Counted from the first letter of the stretch, positions 40,484 to 54,207 are shown. The stretch is DNA of 64,000 bases from Octopus sinensis (GCF_006345805.1 NC_042998.1:186744001-186808000); one strand, 5' to 3'. Notes: a model not told the origin generated them from the letters alone. Made by a program: numbers and translations.

Positions 40484-41165
40484 GAGTCGGGAGATAAAGT
40501 GAGATTGTGAGACGTAAAGAAATGAAAAGACTTGTTATATATGATTGATGTGGAATGATGTGAGATATATAGGCCTCCATCACGTTCATTATTAAAACAA
40601 ATTAAAAAAAGTCAAGTCAGAAGACTTATTGTACATGTTTATCTAAATCTAACACAATGGAACACACACACACACCACACGTGTGTGTGTGTGTGTGTGT
40701 GTGTTTGTGATTGTGTATTATTATAAAGTAGGTCTATTTCTCTGACCTAGTTCATTTACATATATATACGTGTGTGTGCGTGGGTGTGTATATATATATA
40801 TATATATATATATGTTTACTTTATGTCAGAGATTCTCCTTGTTTTGTACACCACAACTCTGTAAGTAACCCGCCAACTGCACTTACAATGAAACGCAAGT
40901 GTCGGAATATCCGTTGTTATATAATCGATATTACGAAACACGACTACATGAAATTATTTAATGATTTTTTTTTAATTGACTGCTTAAGGACATATTATAG
41001 TATATATGTTTTCTTTTATTAATTCCAGCTATCATTACCAACGTTTGGTTCCGTTATCTCATCTGGCATTAATGTTTGCGACCCAATTTTATTGACTTCT
41101 GTGTAAAAGCAAACAATTAAAAATCATGCTATCATTGTGTTATGTCACGTTATTGCATAATGTTA

Positions 41166-41548
41166 CTAGCAGTATCGCCCGGCGTTGCTCAGGTTTGTAA
41201 GGTAAATAACTATAAAGCATTTTTAGAGAGTTATAGCCAAAAAATAGCAAAAAAATGGGAAAAAAATTATGGTAAATTTTTTTTGAGAGTTAAAAAAGGT
41301 GGAGATGCGTCCCCTAGACGGTCTGTGGTTTGGGTTTCTGATTCTCGACCCCATGTCGAATTTATCGATTTTTTCAGAACTGGGGGAACTTTTCAAAATT
41401 TTCGCTGCGTTAGTTTTGAATTATGACATTGGGCTATGTGTGTGTCAAGTTTCATCAGAATCGGTTGAAAGCCGTGGTCAGAGTGAGGGTACGAGAAAAC
41501 AGACACACAGAAAACGCACAGACAAACTGCCGTTTATATAGAGAGAGA
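41166..41548 (-). mobile_element. Non-autonomous Helitron
   Basis: A|TCTCTCTCTATATAAACGGCAG ... GAGCAACGCCGGGCGATACTGCTAG|T. Confidence 0.8.
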
Positions 41549-41900
41549 TTACGTACAGGCTAAGAGTAGCAGCTTGGCAGAATCGTTAGAATGTCGGGGA
41601 AAAGATATCTTGCTGTATCTTTGCTGGTTCCTTTAACCTCCTGTGTTCAAATTCCGCCGATGTCAACTTTGTTTGGCATCTTTTCGTGATCGATAAACTA
41701 GACTTAAAAGATGTGACTTATTTCCCCTTGGCTTTGTCTATACACACCGAACCAAACAGAAGCTTTTTTTCCCCTTTCTTTCTTTCAAATTTATATACGT
41801 GTTAGTCCGAATGAATTCTACTGTGCCGACTTTCTATCAAGGATTCGTCTTCTCAAGAACTGCATCTATTCATTTGCGTCGTTTTAGTCTCTGACCTCAT

Positions 41901-41964
<64 letters not shown>

Positions 41965-41968
<4 letters not shown>

Positions 41969-42262
41969 CGTGATCACCGTGACCGACCAGGCTATCAGAT
42001 GTTGTTACACATCGCTGGTCACAATGCGTTTCGCATTGTTTTAGCCTTTAGAAGACGCCACCCCGCTGGCTAAGCGAGCAGGCCAACAGAAGAAAGAGTG
42101 CGAGAAAGTTGTGGCGAAAGAGTACAGCAGGGATTCCCACCACCCCCTGCCGGAGCCTCGTGGAGCTTTAGGCGTTTTCGCTCAATAAACACTCACAACG
42201 CCCGGTCTGGGAATCGAAACCGCGAGTCAGCCGCTCTAGCCACTGGCCCATTGCGCCTCCAC
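41965..42262 (-). mobile_element. SINE family C
   Basis: Head GTGGAGGCGCAATGGGCCAGTGG, shared with 62698. Confidence 0.8.
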
Positions 42263-42281
42263 ACACACACACACACACCAC

Positions 42282-42335
<54 letters not shown>

Positions 42336-43911
42336 ATGCATAATAAACTTTTCCTCATACATCTCTGCACATAAAACCTTGCTAACACCTCAGAGTTTTC
42401 GTTTACTCATTGTTACCGAAGTTGTTATAGTGTACGTTACTCATTTACGTTGTCCTACATTTTGGAAAGTTGATTTTAGGAACAAGTGTCTCTGTTCGCT
42501 TTATACTTTATACTTTACTGCTACACTTTATACTTTAATCTCCCCCCGCAAAGCCAAAACAGGTTTCACATCCCTAATCTAGACATTATTGTGTCATTCA
42601 AACCATCAAAAATGCAGTGAATTAGTGGTTAGCCCGCTGGAAACTAGAAACGATATAAAATAGATTCTATCATCCAAGTGTCAAAATACTCTCCTACATA
42701 GTCGTTTTCAAGCAATTGCTAGAGTCTCTGTTTTCTACATGCGACTTCTAACGATCGTGTGGTTTTACACAGTGGTTCTCAAACTGGCAAGTACGAATTA
42801 TTTTCCCTGTTCCAGCCCTTATCAATGAGGAGAAAAAAATAGAGTGTCCAAACGTATAATTCTTCTTTCTTTACTATGATGTTAAACAAGTTTAAAAATT
42901 TGAAACACCATCTTTATATTAAACATGGCTGGCTGTTCGTCTAGATTTTCAATCCTCACAGATGTTACTTCTTGTGGAGAGGGATCAGTGAAGATTGAAA
43001 ACTAAGAAACACTAGTTTATCAGACACCTCTTCATATCTATCTTGTCTTCTCTGAGCACTCGTATGGTTTCTGTGAGGCAGAGGATGGCATATTTTAACC
43101 CTTTGCCTGTCCTCTGTATTACATGTGATACACAAAACATATTTCCCTGACGTCCATGCATCATATATGATACACATTCTCAATTTTTTCAACCAACAAA
43201 TTAACTTGGGACTCATAAAAGAACGAGAAGAAGAAGCGCGGGCAAACGGCGGGAGCAACTCCGACTCTCTCTTGCTGGAGTAGCAAGTAGTCAGTCAGTC
43301 GTTCGATCGGTCTCAGTAGCAGTTGGCAGCTGCTGCAGCGGCGGCTACGATCGAGACCACGAGTGTGTGTGTCCGTGTGTTATCGACGTATGACACTGGG
43401 GCTAACTCAAATTCCAAAAACAAACAAGGATGTTTATAACAAACTTATGAAAATGATTTAAACAAAGGGTTAAACACTGTTCCCCAATCAGAACTGCAGT
43501 CTGTTGCCACCTATGCCTAAGATGATTTCACCGATTTTAGAAAGTTTTCAAAAGTTATAGGCTTTGCCCCGCGTTTTCCATCAAAATAATATACCAAGAA
43601 CCAGCAAGAAACTTCTAAGGGGTTCGATTAGCAAGAAATAACAACCAATCTTAATCGTACTTAATAAATAAGTACGATTTATTCAACTAAATCTTCAGGG
43701 CGGTGCTCCAGCATGGCCGCAATCACATGACTGAAACAAGGTAAAAGATAAGATAATGCAGTCGCAGGTATTTGAAATAAATAAGACAGGATTGTCATGG
43801 CTGGAATGCTTCAACTCATAGGCCTGCTTTATTAGGGCTGGCCTAAAAGGCTTAATGATAACACACACATGTTTGTATTTGTCTATGTAACACATCACCG
43901 AAGATATATAA

Positions 43912-44419
43912 TCTATATATATAAAACTGTAGTTGTGTGAGTGTCTGTCCCCTTCGATTTAGATTCCTAACTACTCCCACATTTTGCGGTGCAGTTTAAC
44001 CAAATTCGGGTATCTTATAGTCGTGATTCATATCGAGCCCGTCTGGCTATTAGCGCGCGTCTACGATGAGTCTACGATTTTAAAAATAATTTAACATCAT
44101 TTTTTATTCCATTTTAATGCATAATTTTTCGTGGTCGATGCGGCGGAGTTGGCGTCCATGGTCCCACCTGCACCTGTTTGCTTCTTCCCCCTTCTTCCCT
44201 CCCTCGTGAAGCTGTAGGGAAGGGAGTGTAAGGAAATCAACGTCGTAAAGCGTTGTCAAGACCAGCGTTCTTTTAGAACAACGACTTCATGGCTTAAAGA
44301 CACCAAACAGAAATGGCTAAGAAAGCCCGAATTGGCATCTATAAGGGAAGTAACTCTCTAAAAATGCTTATATAGTTATTTCCCTTACAAACCCGAGCAA
44401 CGCCGGGCAATACTGCTAG
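43912..44419 (+). mobile_element. Non-autonomous Helitron
   Basis: A|TCTATATATATAAAAC ... CCCGAGCAACGCCGGG hairpin, then CAATACTGCTAG|T. Confidence 0.85.
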
Positions 44420-44829
44420 TAAATTATAAATTTATACACTGAGAGGTTTCGCTAATTATAGCTATTAGGTTTCACAATTGATGTTTTCCGATCGTATATC
44501 TAATGAATTTGGCTCTGCGAATTTCATTTCATTAAACTATATTCGAGTAGATTAGATTGTAGTTTGTACAGACTTAGGGCGGTTCGTGATGTTATATTAT
44601 AATGAAGTGACTCACCCAAAAGACAGATACAACAGAAAAATCTATGACTTGGCATATTGAAGTATATCGAGTTGACATGTTATACACATATGACAAACGG
44701 GAAAAGAAATAATGTCAAGGTTTCTAGAACTGTTTGATGTATAGTAACAGAAATATTAGCTGTAATTATATTGACGATAACAACAACAAAAACAACAATA
44801 ACAACAACAACATCACTAATAATAATAAT

Positions 44830-45042
44830 GGTTTCAAATTTTGCCACCAGGGCAGCAATTTTGGAGGAGGTAATGAGTGAATTACATCAACCCCAGTGTT
44901 CAACTGGTACTTATTTTATCGATCCTGAAAGGATGAAAGGCAAAGTCGACCTCGGCGGAATTTGAACTCAGAACATAAGGATGGCCGAAATACCGCTAGG
45001 CATTTCGTTCGGTGTGCTTACGATTCTGCCAGCACGCCATCT
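44830..45042 (-). mobile_element. Older SINE family B variant
   Basis: GATGAAAGGCAAAGTCGACCTCGGCGGAATTTGAACTCAGAAC core. Confidence 0.75.
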
Positions 45043-45059
45043 TAATAATAATAATAATA

Positions 45060-45107
<48 letters not shown>

Positions 45108-45109
45108 TT

Positions 45110-45145
<36 letters not shown>

Positions 45146-45214
45146 TTCATCATCATCATCATTATTATTAATTATCACATCATCATCATCATCATCACAT
45201 CATCATCATCATCA

Positions 45215-45253
<39 letters not shown>

Positions 45254-45299
45254 TATATCATCATTATTATATTATTATTATTATTATTATATTATTATT

Positions 45300-46560
45300 A
45301 TTCTATGTTTGACTTTTGCTTTATATTTGTACAAGTTGGCTCAAGTCTCATCCAGAGACCTCAAGAGACAACAGGTTGGAAGTTCACGTTGTTGTTATGC
45401 CTAGTGTGCCATATATTGGGAGGTGTTTTTGGTGTTGTACTAGTGAATGTCTAAAAAAAAAAAAAACGAAAATTATGCTTGTTTTAAACCTTGGGATTAC
45501 ATAGAAAGTATTTTGCGTAGGATATGAGCAGTTCCCATGAGCACTATCTTTGATTTTTTTTGCCATTTTTGGGTTTCCTGGTATCTGAGTTAGGTAGCAA
45601 TCAGCCCCTTTTGCCTATCATTCCCAGGGCACCTATGACTACAGGTATGTTTTAGTCTTCAGGTTCCACATTTTGCTGATTTCTATTTCATGATCTTTAT
45701 ATTTGCTCATTTTTCTGGTAGGTCTTGACAGATACGTTTATATCGATTGGGACAGTCACATCAATGAGGAGGCATGTTCTTTTTCTGAAGTATTTCAATA
45801 TGATGTCTGGCCTATTTGATCTATCCTTCTGTCAGTTTGAATGGTGAAGTTCCAGAGGAATGAGATGTGGTCATTTTCAGCACTGGAGGTGGTTTTTGTG
45901 TTCCCACCAGTTTTTTTTCATGGGGCAAATCCAGGTTTTTGCAAATTACCCAGTGAATATATTGTGCAGCTCTATCATGCCTGTTGAGATACTCTGTAGG
46001 CGCTAGAAGACTGCACTTGAAGACAACATGATCAATGGTTTCATTTTGTTGTTGACATACACATGTTGGGCTACTGCCGTTCTTTAATATGTTGGCCTGG
46101 TAGTTTCTTGTTGGTAGGCATTGATCTTGAGCTGCTATGATAAACCCCTCTGTTTCAGATTTTAAGCCAGAGGCCATTAGCCATTGATGGGTCAGGGCTT
46201 TGTCAACATCTGCATTATTCGCTCTCTTTGGGTATTTGCCTTAGAGAGGTTTTTCTTGCCATTTATCATTCAGAATATCTAAGGCTGCTGTTTTAGCACG
46301 GATTTTCATGCGCTTAGCTTTTTCTGTGTTGGTTTCTTGTATGTCTACGTCTAATTCCGAAATTTGTTGTATTCGGAATTCACTTAGATATTCCTTTGCC
46401 TGTTTTGTTACTGAGTATGATGCTTTCTTGTTTTCATGTTTTGAGACAAGTTTTAACATCCAGTCCTCAGAGTTTTTCAGGTAGGTGTCTAGGCCAATTG
46501 TAGCAAGTCCACGGCCTCCCTCTTTTCTTGGCACATAAAGTCGTTCTGTATCTGCCTTTG
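45300..46560 (-). mobile_element. 5'-truncated R4/Dong LINE (CCHC plus RLE) in (TTA)n
   Basis: PRKEGGRGL, SETEGFIIAAQDQCLPTRNY, C..CQQQNETIDHVVFKC and RHDRAAQYIHW. (TTA)n on both sides. Confidence 0.93.
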
Positions 46561-46578
46561 TTATTATTCTTATTATTA

Positions 46579-46630
<52 letters not shown>

Positions 46631-46671
46631 TTATTATTATTATTATTATTATTATTATATTATTATTATTA

Positions 46672-46771
46672 TNNNNNNNNNNNNNNNNNNNNNNNNNNNN
46701 NNNNNNNNNNNNNNNNNNNNNNNNNNNNNNNNNNNNNNNNNNNNNNNNNNNNNNNNNNNNNNNNNNNNNNN
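46672..46771. other. Assembly gap (100 N)
   Basis: Run of N. Confidence 1.
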
Positions 46772-47406
46772 NCAGTGAAGAAAATCAAACAATAACAATG
46801 TAAAGGATCCCCACAAACCACCAACGCACAAGCACCATCCACATTACATGAATGAAGGACAACACAGAATAACGAGACTAAAGTATAAGAAATTCACAAT
46901 CAAGCATAACAAATTGTGTATTCCCATAATCAGCTGCCAACTGGATATCACTATGGTTTCGGTACGGGAGTTGTCCCATTCAATGCCGCGGTGTCAACAG
47001 TGTTAAAAATATGAACGTTGCTAGGGAATTCAGCAGCCTATTACTACAAGTAACAAAATCAGAGTAAACAAAGACTTATGACTACAAAATAGTACTTATA
47101 ACAAAGAGCTTATTCGAAAAAGAATATTCAGACAATACCACAAAGATAGACTACTAGATGCTTTGTTTCTCAGTCAATATCAAATCATGAATATGAAATC
47201 TCACAAAAAATAAGCCCAATAAAGACGAGTAGAACATTACATCTCGTAAATAATGTCCTCGAACAATGTGCAAGGGAAAAGACAAGCTTAGATCAATATC
47301 TATGAAACAAGTTCAATGCTATAAAAATAAATAAACCAAATAAATTGCTTATTAAAAGTAAAACAATAAAATGAAAAAAGGTAATAGAATTAAATTAAAT
47401 TATATA

Positions 47407-47822
47407 GGAGTGGCTGTGTGGTAAGTAGCTTGCTTACGAACCACATGGTTCCGATTCAGTCCCACTGCGTGGCACCTTGGGCAAGTGTCTTCTACTATAG
47501 CTTCGAGCCGACCAAAGCCATGTCAGTGGATTTTGTAGACAGAAACTGAAAGAAGCCTGTCGTATATATGTATATATGTATATATATGTATATATATATA
47601 TGTATATATATGTATATGTTTGTGTGTTTGTCCCTCCGCCATCGCTTGACTACCGATGTTGGTGTGTTTATATCTCCGTAACTTAGCGGTTCGGCAAAAG
47701 CGGCTGATAGAATAAGAATTAGGCTTACAAAGAATAAGTTCTGGGGTCGATTTCTTTGACTAAAAGGCGGTGCTCCAGCATAGCCGCAGTCAAATGACTG
47801 AAACAAATAAACGAATAAAAGA
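47407..47822 (+). mobile_element. SINE family A
   Basis: Matches 10460-10920. Confidence 0.87.
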
Positions 47823-47829
47823 ATATATA

Positions 47830-48090
47830 TGAGCGTTCAGCTTTTGCCGAACGACCTATACAAATGATTTGTTTATAGTGATCAAATGTTCGTGACGCAC
47901 ATTAGATCACTCTCTCCATCAAATCGATGTTGTCTGACAGATGCACTGCGTACCACGTGTCAGGTGTCGAAGCGATCGCAAAGCAACGCGAGATGAAGGG
48001 ATTTGCTCAAGAACAAAACGCACCACCCGGTCTAGGAATTGAAACCATGATATCGCGATCGTGAGTGCAACTCCCTAACCACTAGGGTTA
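47830..48090 (-). mobile_element. SINE family D
   Basis: GCTCAAGAACAAAACGCACCACCCGGTCTAGGAATTGAAACC, shared with 1965-2050. Confidence 0.7.
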
Positions 48091-48091
48091 C

Positions 48092-48130
<39 letters not shown>

Positions 48131-48278
48131 ATCTATCTATCTATCTATCTATCTATCTATTAATCTATCTAGAATATGGTACTTAAGTTGTGGCACCAGA
48201 TTTTAGTACGGTATTATCCATACAATTTCAAAGTAAGGCGATTAAAATCAAAATAAGCAACAAGGATATCCAGAGGTA

Positions 48279-48367
48279 ATGCAGTACGATCATTTCATGC
48301 AACTCCATTTAATTGAATAATGCAATCATTACATCAGTTTAAAATGTAGAGCAATCTTCAGCTGCAC
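48279..48367 (-). ncRNA. Type I hammerhead ribozyme with extended helix II
   Basis: GUGCAG CUGAAGA UUGC...GCAU GAAA UGAUCG UA^ CUGCAU. It has a 6-bp helix I, a near-palindromic helix III and a U-U mismatch at 10.1/11.1. Confidence 0.75.
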
Positions 48368-48501
48368 AAAGACAGAATTTAATTAAATTAGAACAGATGG
48401 ACACATCAGTATAATTATACCTAAAATCTCCAAGAAATTAAGGAGATAGACAAAGAACATGTCTCTACTTCAGCATAGAAGTTATGATATCTATCTATCT
48501 A

Positions 48502-48540
<39 letters not shown>

Positions 48541-48566
48541 ATATATATATATATATATTATATAGT

Positions 48567-48644
<78 letters not shown>

Positions 48645-48646
48645 GC

Positions 48647-48751
<105 letters not shown>

Positions 48752-48791
48752 TGTATATTAAATCTCTGAAATACATTTGCCACCTAAATGT

Positions 48792-49342
48792 GTTACTGGT
48801 GTCTTTAGCCCCATGAAGACATCGCCAGCTGGCTAACGGCACACTGTCTGTGTCCGATTAGTATTTGCGAGGGGAGGTCATCGCTCCCATCTCTAACCTT
48901 ACGTGATACACACAGACCCAGGTTTCTAAGTAGTTACCCGTCTTCAATGTATAATAATCACCAGTTAGTGATGAAAACTCATTCCACTAGCAAAATACTA
49001 TATGCTTTTTCTAGCGACAAACTGTCGCTGATCTTGAAAATGGAGAATTATAACTCTCTCTCAGAGATTTTAATATAGCTTATTTTTCCTTTTTCGAGAT
49101 CAGCGATAGTTTGTCGCTAGAAACAGCATATAGTATTTTGGTATTAGAATGAGTTTTCATCACTAGATGATGATTATCATACACTGAAGACGGATAACTA
49201 CTCAGAAACCCGGGTCTGTGTATATCACGTAAGATTAGAGATGGGAGCGATAACCTACCCTCGTACATACTAATCGTACACAGACAGTGCGTCGTTAGCC
49301 AGCTGGAGGAAATGTCTTCCTGAACCTAAAAACAATAGTAAT
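48792..49342. repeat. Long imperfect palindrome (about 255-bp arms) with a hammerhead motif in each arm
   Basis: The arms are reverse complements along their length, e.g. CCAGCTGGCTAACG/CGTTAGCCAGCTGG, with a ~30-nt loop near 49050-49080. Confidence 0.9.
49179..49221 (+). ncRNA. Minimal type I hammerhead motif (helix II partly decayed)
   Basis: AUACA CUGAAGA CGGAUAACUACUCA GAAA CCCGGG UC^ UGUGU. A mirror copy at 48910-48952 (-) has C3 changed to U. Confidence 0.6.
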
Positions 49343-49404
49343 ATTGTCCCCTATGGGACAGCCACATTCAGTTGGCAACTATATATATATATATATATAT
49401 ATAC

Positions 49405-50077
49405 ACTACAAAATTAGAAAATGGAGAAACATATTTAAATCAATCAAACATCAACCAACAGATGATACCCAATCAATACTTTATTACACCATTACATAAC
49501 AGTAAAGGCATTATACAAAATATATTGTAAATATAATTAGACAAGGAAATAGAAATATAAAATATAAAATATTATATGTAATTATATCATATCTGACAGC
49601 TGTTTCGTCAGTAAAGGCAAGCATGCCTCATTTAACCTATAAGCCATATAAGGCAGGTATAAATGAGACATTAACAAGGATGCCCCACGGCCTCTTCAGA
49701 GAATTTAATTTATTATAAGTGTGAAAAAAAAATTTTTTATATACATATAAATATAAAATATAAAATATAAAAACGGGTGCATAGACACCCATAATAATAC
49801 ACATATATATATATATATATACTCATTAATACAAAATACAAAAATAACAAAAACAAAATAAAACAAAATATATATCAATATATATTAATAAACACAATTA
49901 TTCCACATATTGGGCTAATAGTTCTAAAACTAACACACAGGAAAATATATGCACACTCACATTTAAATTACAATCAGACCTATACATAAAAAATAAAAAA
50001 TAAATAAATAAAACACAGTTCAGTTCATAAAATTATAAACGTGTAAAAGTCAATAAAAGTTACTATTGATATTAATA

Positions 50078-50136
<59 letters not shown>

Positions 50137-51510
50137 GATACAATTGTGTCTGTACCAAGTACATCCATCGGACATCGAACATATCTATGAGTGGTTGTTA
50201 TTTCTGTCGCTTGATATTGATTATTCTAGATTAATTCGATTGGCTTATAGTTTAAAATTGAATCACAAAAGAAATTTTACGGTTAGTTAGTCAAGAAACG
50301 CACATACGCACACGCACATCCACAGATCAATCGCACATACATACATAATTATATGTATACACACACACATACACCCATACACATACATATCCACAAACAA
50401 CGTCCAACATATAAATAAATAAATAATAAAAGAGGAATAATCCTAGCTATGCAGCCATCCAGCCTCTCAAAACGACAATCATTCCACTAAATTAACTAAA
50501 TAGGTCCACTCACATATTTTCATAAAATATTTGTTATAAAGATACATATATTAATATATCACGACATCGAATGTTATTTTCGCAGGGTACACGCAGCATG
50601 TGACACCGCTTTTTTGTAGTCAGCATACCGTTTACTGATTTCACCGTAATTTACTATAATCGCATGTACGCTAAGTTATAAAGTATAGATTAATTTTTTA
50701 TAGTATAAATATATATCTTTTCTACGTAATAAATCCAGTGCCATTATAATATTAATATTAATCCATCAAAGAACCTAACCTACGAACTAATAGAATTACA
50801 TTCAAATATACATACCCGTGTGTTGCAGCAGATATACACAAGTGCACCGTCTATTTTCATATGTGGCTCGCGAGAAAACAATTCATAGTACTTATATAAA
50901 ATATACTTTTAAGCAACCGTGGACATATAGATAACAAATGTAATAACTAAAGATTTGGCATTAAATATATCAATGGGGACTGACCAATACAAATGCTATA
51001 TAAGTAAAAAACAGAAATTAAATTAATTATAAGTTAATAAATTGTAAATACTTAAGTTAAAAATGTGATAAAATAAATAAGAAGAAATAATTAAAATTAC
51101 ATACATAATATAAGTAATAATATATGGATACATGTATACATGTATAGCTGTCAGATATGATATAATTACATATAATATTTTATATTTTATATTTCTATTT
51201 CCTTGTCTAATTATATTTACAATATATTTTGTATAATGCCTTTACTGTTATGTAATGGTGTAATAAAGTATTGATTGGGTATCATCTGTTGGTTGATGTT
51301 TGATTGATTTAAGTATGTTTCTCCATTTTCTAATTTTGTAGTATTAATTTACGGTAATATTTTTACCTTTGCCCACATAATACAGAAAATGAACTAATTG
51401 CACGGCAATTTTGAACATTTATGTATTAGTCTTGTTGGGTACCTCTCTAGCAGTATATTGGATATATGTTATCCCATGGTGGGTTGAAATTTCAACCCCT
51501 ATCTCAATTT
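49405..51510. mobile_element. Non-autonomous Penelope-like element with inverted pseudo-LTRs
   Basis: 49405-49601 and 51146-51342 form a near-perfect 197-bp inverted repeat. There is a hammerhead at 49591-49704, (TA)n on both sides, and a tail at 51360-51510 that recurs at 34810-34960. Confidence 0.7.
49591..49704 (-). ncRNA. Type I hammerhead ribozyme with ~85-nt helix II domain
   Basis: UCU CUGAAGA GGCCGUGGGGCA..AUGUCUCAUUUA..UAAAUGAGGCAU..UGCCUUUACUGAC GAAA CAGCUG UC^ AGA. Confidence 0.75.
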
Positions 51511-51550
51511 TATATATATATATATATATATAATATATATATATTATATA

Positions 51551-51592
<42 letters not shown>

Positions 51593-51882
51593 AAACAAAT
51601 AATTACTGATACGTCCTTAACTACAAGGAGAATAACTGATCCATTACAATTAAAACGGTCAATGAGCTCGTTACTGGAGCACAACTCAAATTACTACAAC
51701 TTAGATGAAGCGGTCCGATTCGAAACGTCCGTATCCCATTCACTCATAACATAAGACCTTATAAAAAAAATGACAAACTTCACAGTGTAATGTTGCGAAC
51801 CAATCATTGGATCTGCTTTTTCTTTTTACTTTATTGTTTCCTACTAGGCCAAACGTTGGATTCTGTATGTATGTGTATACAC

Positions 51883-51955
<73 letters not shown>

Positions 51956-52065
51956 TTATTATTATCAATTATTTTATTTTAATTATTTTAATTATTATTA
52001 TTATTATTATTATTATTGTTATTATTGTTATTATTATATTATAATTATTATTAATTATTATATTA

Positions 52066-52117
<52 letters not shown>

Positions 52118-52414
52118 CAGAGAGAGTGAGAGAGAGATGAAGAAAAGGAAAGAGGAGCACAGTTATGTTAGGCTATGGTGCTGGACTAATGAAACACGGT
52201 CATACATTTATGTGTTAACACAGTTTTTCTATGTTAGACATGGTACATAGTTACACTCGCTCTTGGTCGCTAGCTTGACAAAAGATAAATTACTCTTTTT
52301 ACTTCACGGTTGTGTGGTTAGCAGTAAGGACACACACCCAGCTACGATAAAATAACAATTGTTCCAATAATAATTCATCCCACGCATGTTAAAAAATTGC
52401 GTGTGTTTGTATAT

Positions 52415-52449
<35 letters not shown>

Positions 52450-52519
52450 ATAGCGCGTTAACATACTTAGAGTGGTATGGTTTAAATATATTTTAACTTA
52501 TAGACATTAGCTCCGTAGT

Positions 52520-53202
52520 CAATGGCGGCTCGTGTATAGGCACTGTGAAACTGCAGCACCCCCTATTTCCACTCGATATATAATGGGTCCTTTTTTCTTT
52601 AATTCTTTCTTTATACTTATACATTATATAAGCCTTAAGTTTAATGTCAGTAGCCATCCCCTAGTTTATGAAAAAATACAAAAATCTTTGTATAAAACTG
52701 TGCGCTTCACAGTTCCAGTTTGGCTGTTGCGCTCATGCTCACATGTCCGAGATAAGAACCTGCACGCTAGGGAGAGAGAGCACTGTCGTTCAAACAGTGC
52801 CGACCCTGGTGTGCTAGTGAAAGGTAATGTTTTTTTTTTTACTCCACGTGTGTTGTGATTAAAAACGTGTTTATATTCTTGAGTGTGACAAAGTGTCGAT
52901 ATTAAGATTATTATCCTGCTTTCAGCTACAGTGTCGCTGCCAGGATTTGAAAAATAAGACAGATTTCCTACTCGCTTTATTTTGTGATTTAGCGGGGATT
53001 TTTGAAAAACAAGGGGGAATTCGCGGCGGTGTTCAGTGAACAAATTAAACATACTACTCGGTAGTGGCTAAAACGCGAACCGATCAAGTTTATGTATAAA
53101 TTTTCTTTTTATATGTTTGTTTCCTTTTACACAATATCAAAACAACAGCTAAACATTTTCTGAAGCAGCACCCCCACTAATTTTATCTACGAGCCGCCAC
53201 TG
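52520..53202. mobile_element. hAT-type MITE
   Basis: TIRs CAATGGCGGCTCGT and ACGAGCCGCCACTG. 8-bp TSD TCCGTAGT/TCCGTAAT. Subterminal GCAGCACCCC at both ends. Confidence 0.85.
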
Positions 53203-54002
53203 TCCGTAATTAACAGAAAAGTTAATGGCAATCTCAGTTCATGAAGACAATGGAAAGAACGCTGAACCTTAGATTTATTAAAAATTAAATCAAGACATTC
53301 ATCGCAAAGTGAACCTCATCTGTGACTAGCAAAGATGACAACTCTAGATATTTTAATGTGTTATTAGATAGCTAAAGCGAAATATGCTCTAATATATACT
53401 TACTAGAAAATATGTGGAAAACCAGTTTACGAGAAAGTTCCTATGCGGTCGCTTGACCCGTTAGAATTTCGGCCTAATCGTCCTCTAATACTTGCGACAA
53501 AGTTGACACTATGAATGGCCGTCTGAACAATAAATTCTAGACACATAAGAAATATTTCAGCATGTGCTAAAGTTGACAGAAAATATCAGTCTATGAATGT
53601 TTACGAAGGGGTCTCTAGATCCCCTCCAAAAGCTTGCAAAGTCAGTAAAATATACTGAAAAAAAAAAACTTTGTAAGCATGACAGAAAATTATTTAAAAA
53701 TTGCACCATAATGTTATTAAAGCCAGCATTCCATAGTACACCCAAATTAGGCTAGGAAGACTCTTTAACAATATAACTACATGTATGAAAAGGCGCATAT
53801 AATACAGAGATACGATAAATTACATCCGTAAACTAATGAGTAACGACACCACACTGGAAATACAAGTTTTCAAAAACCACATTAATATAATAAGCATGCG
53901 CACGCGCGTGCGTGTACGTGCAAATCATCACAACCATCTTACAAGGTTATACACATCCAACAACAAAACTTTAATACTCTTATAAACAGTATACTCTTTT
54001 AT

Positions 54003-54207
54003 CTCTCTTTTACTTGTTTCAGTCATTTGACTGTGGCCATGCTGGAGCACCGCCTTTTAGTCGAGCAAATCGAACCCCAAGACTTATTCTTGGTTAGCCT
54101 AGTAACTTATTCTATCGGTCTCTTTTGCCGAACTGTTAAGTTTCGGGGACGTAAACACAACAGCATCGGTTGTCAAGCGACGTTGGGGGGACAAACACAC
54201 GACACAT

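Noticed and set aside
41025-41075. CAGAUGA...CAAACGUUGGUA on the minus strand
   Set aside because: Two core substitutions; cannot be distinguished from chance.
46780-47050. Possible I/Jockey ORF1 zinc knuckle (MPRCQQC*KY), with possible RT remnants near 56150-56230
   Set aside because: Too degraded to delimit or classify.
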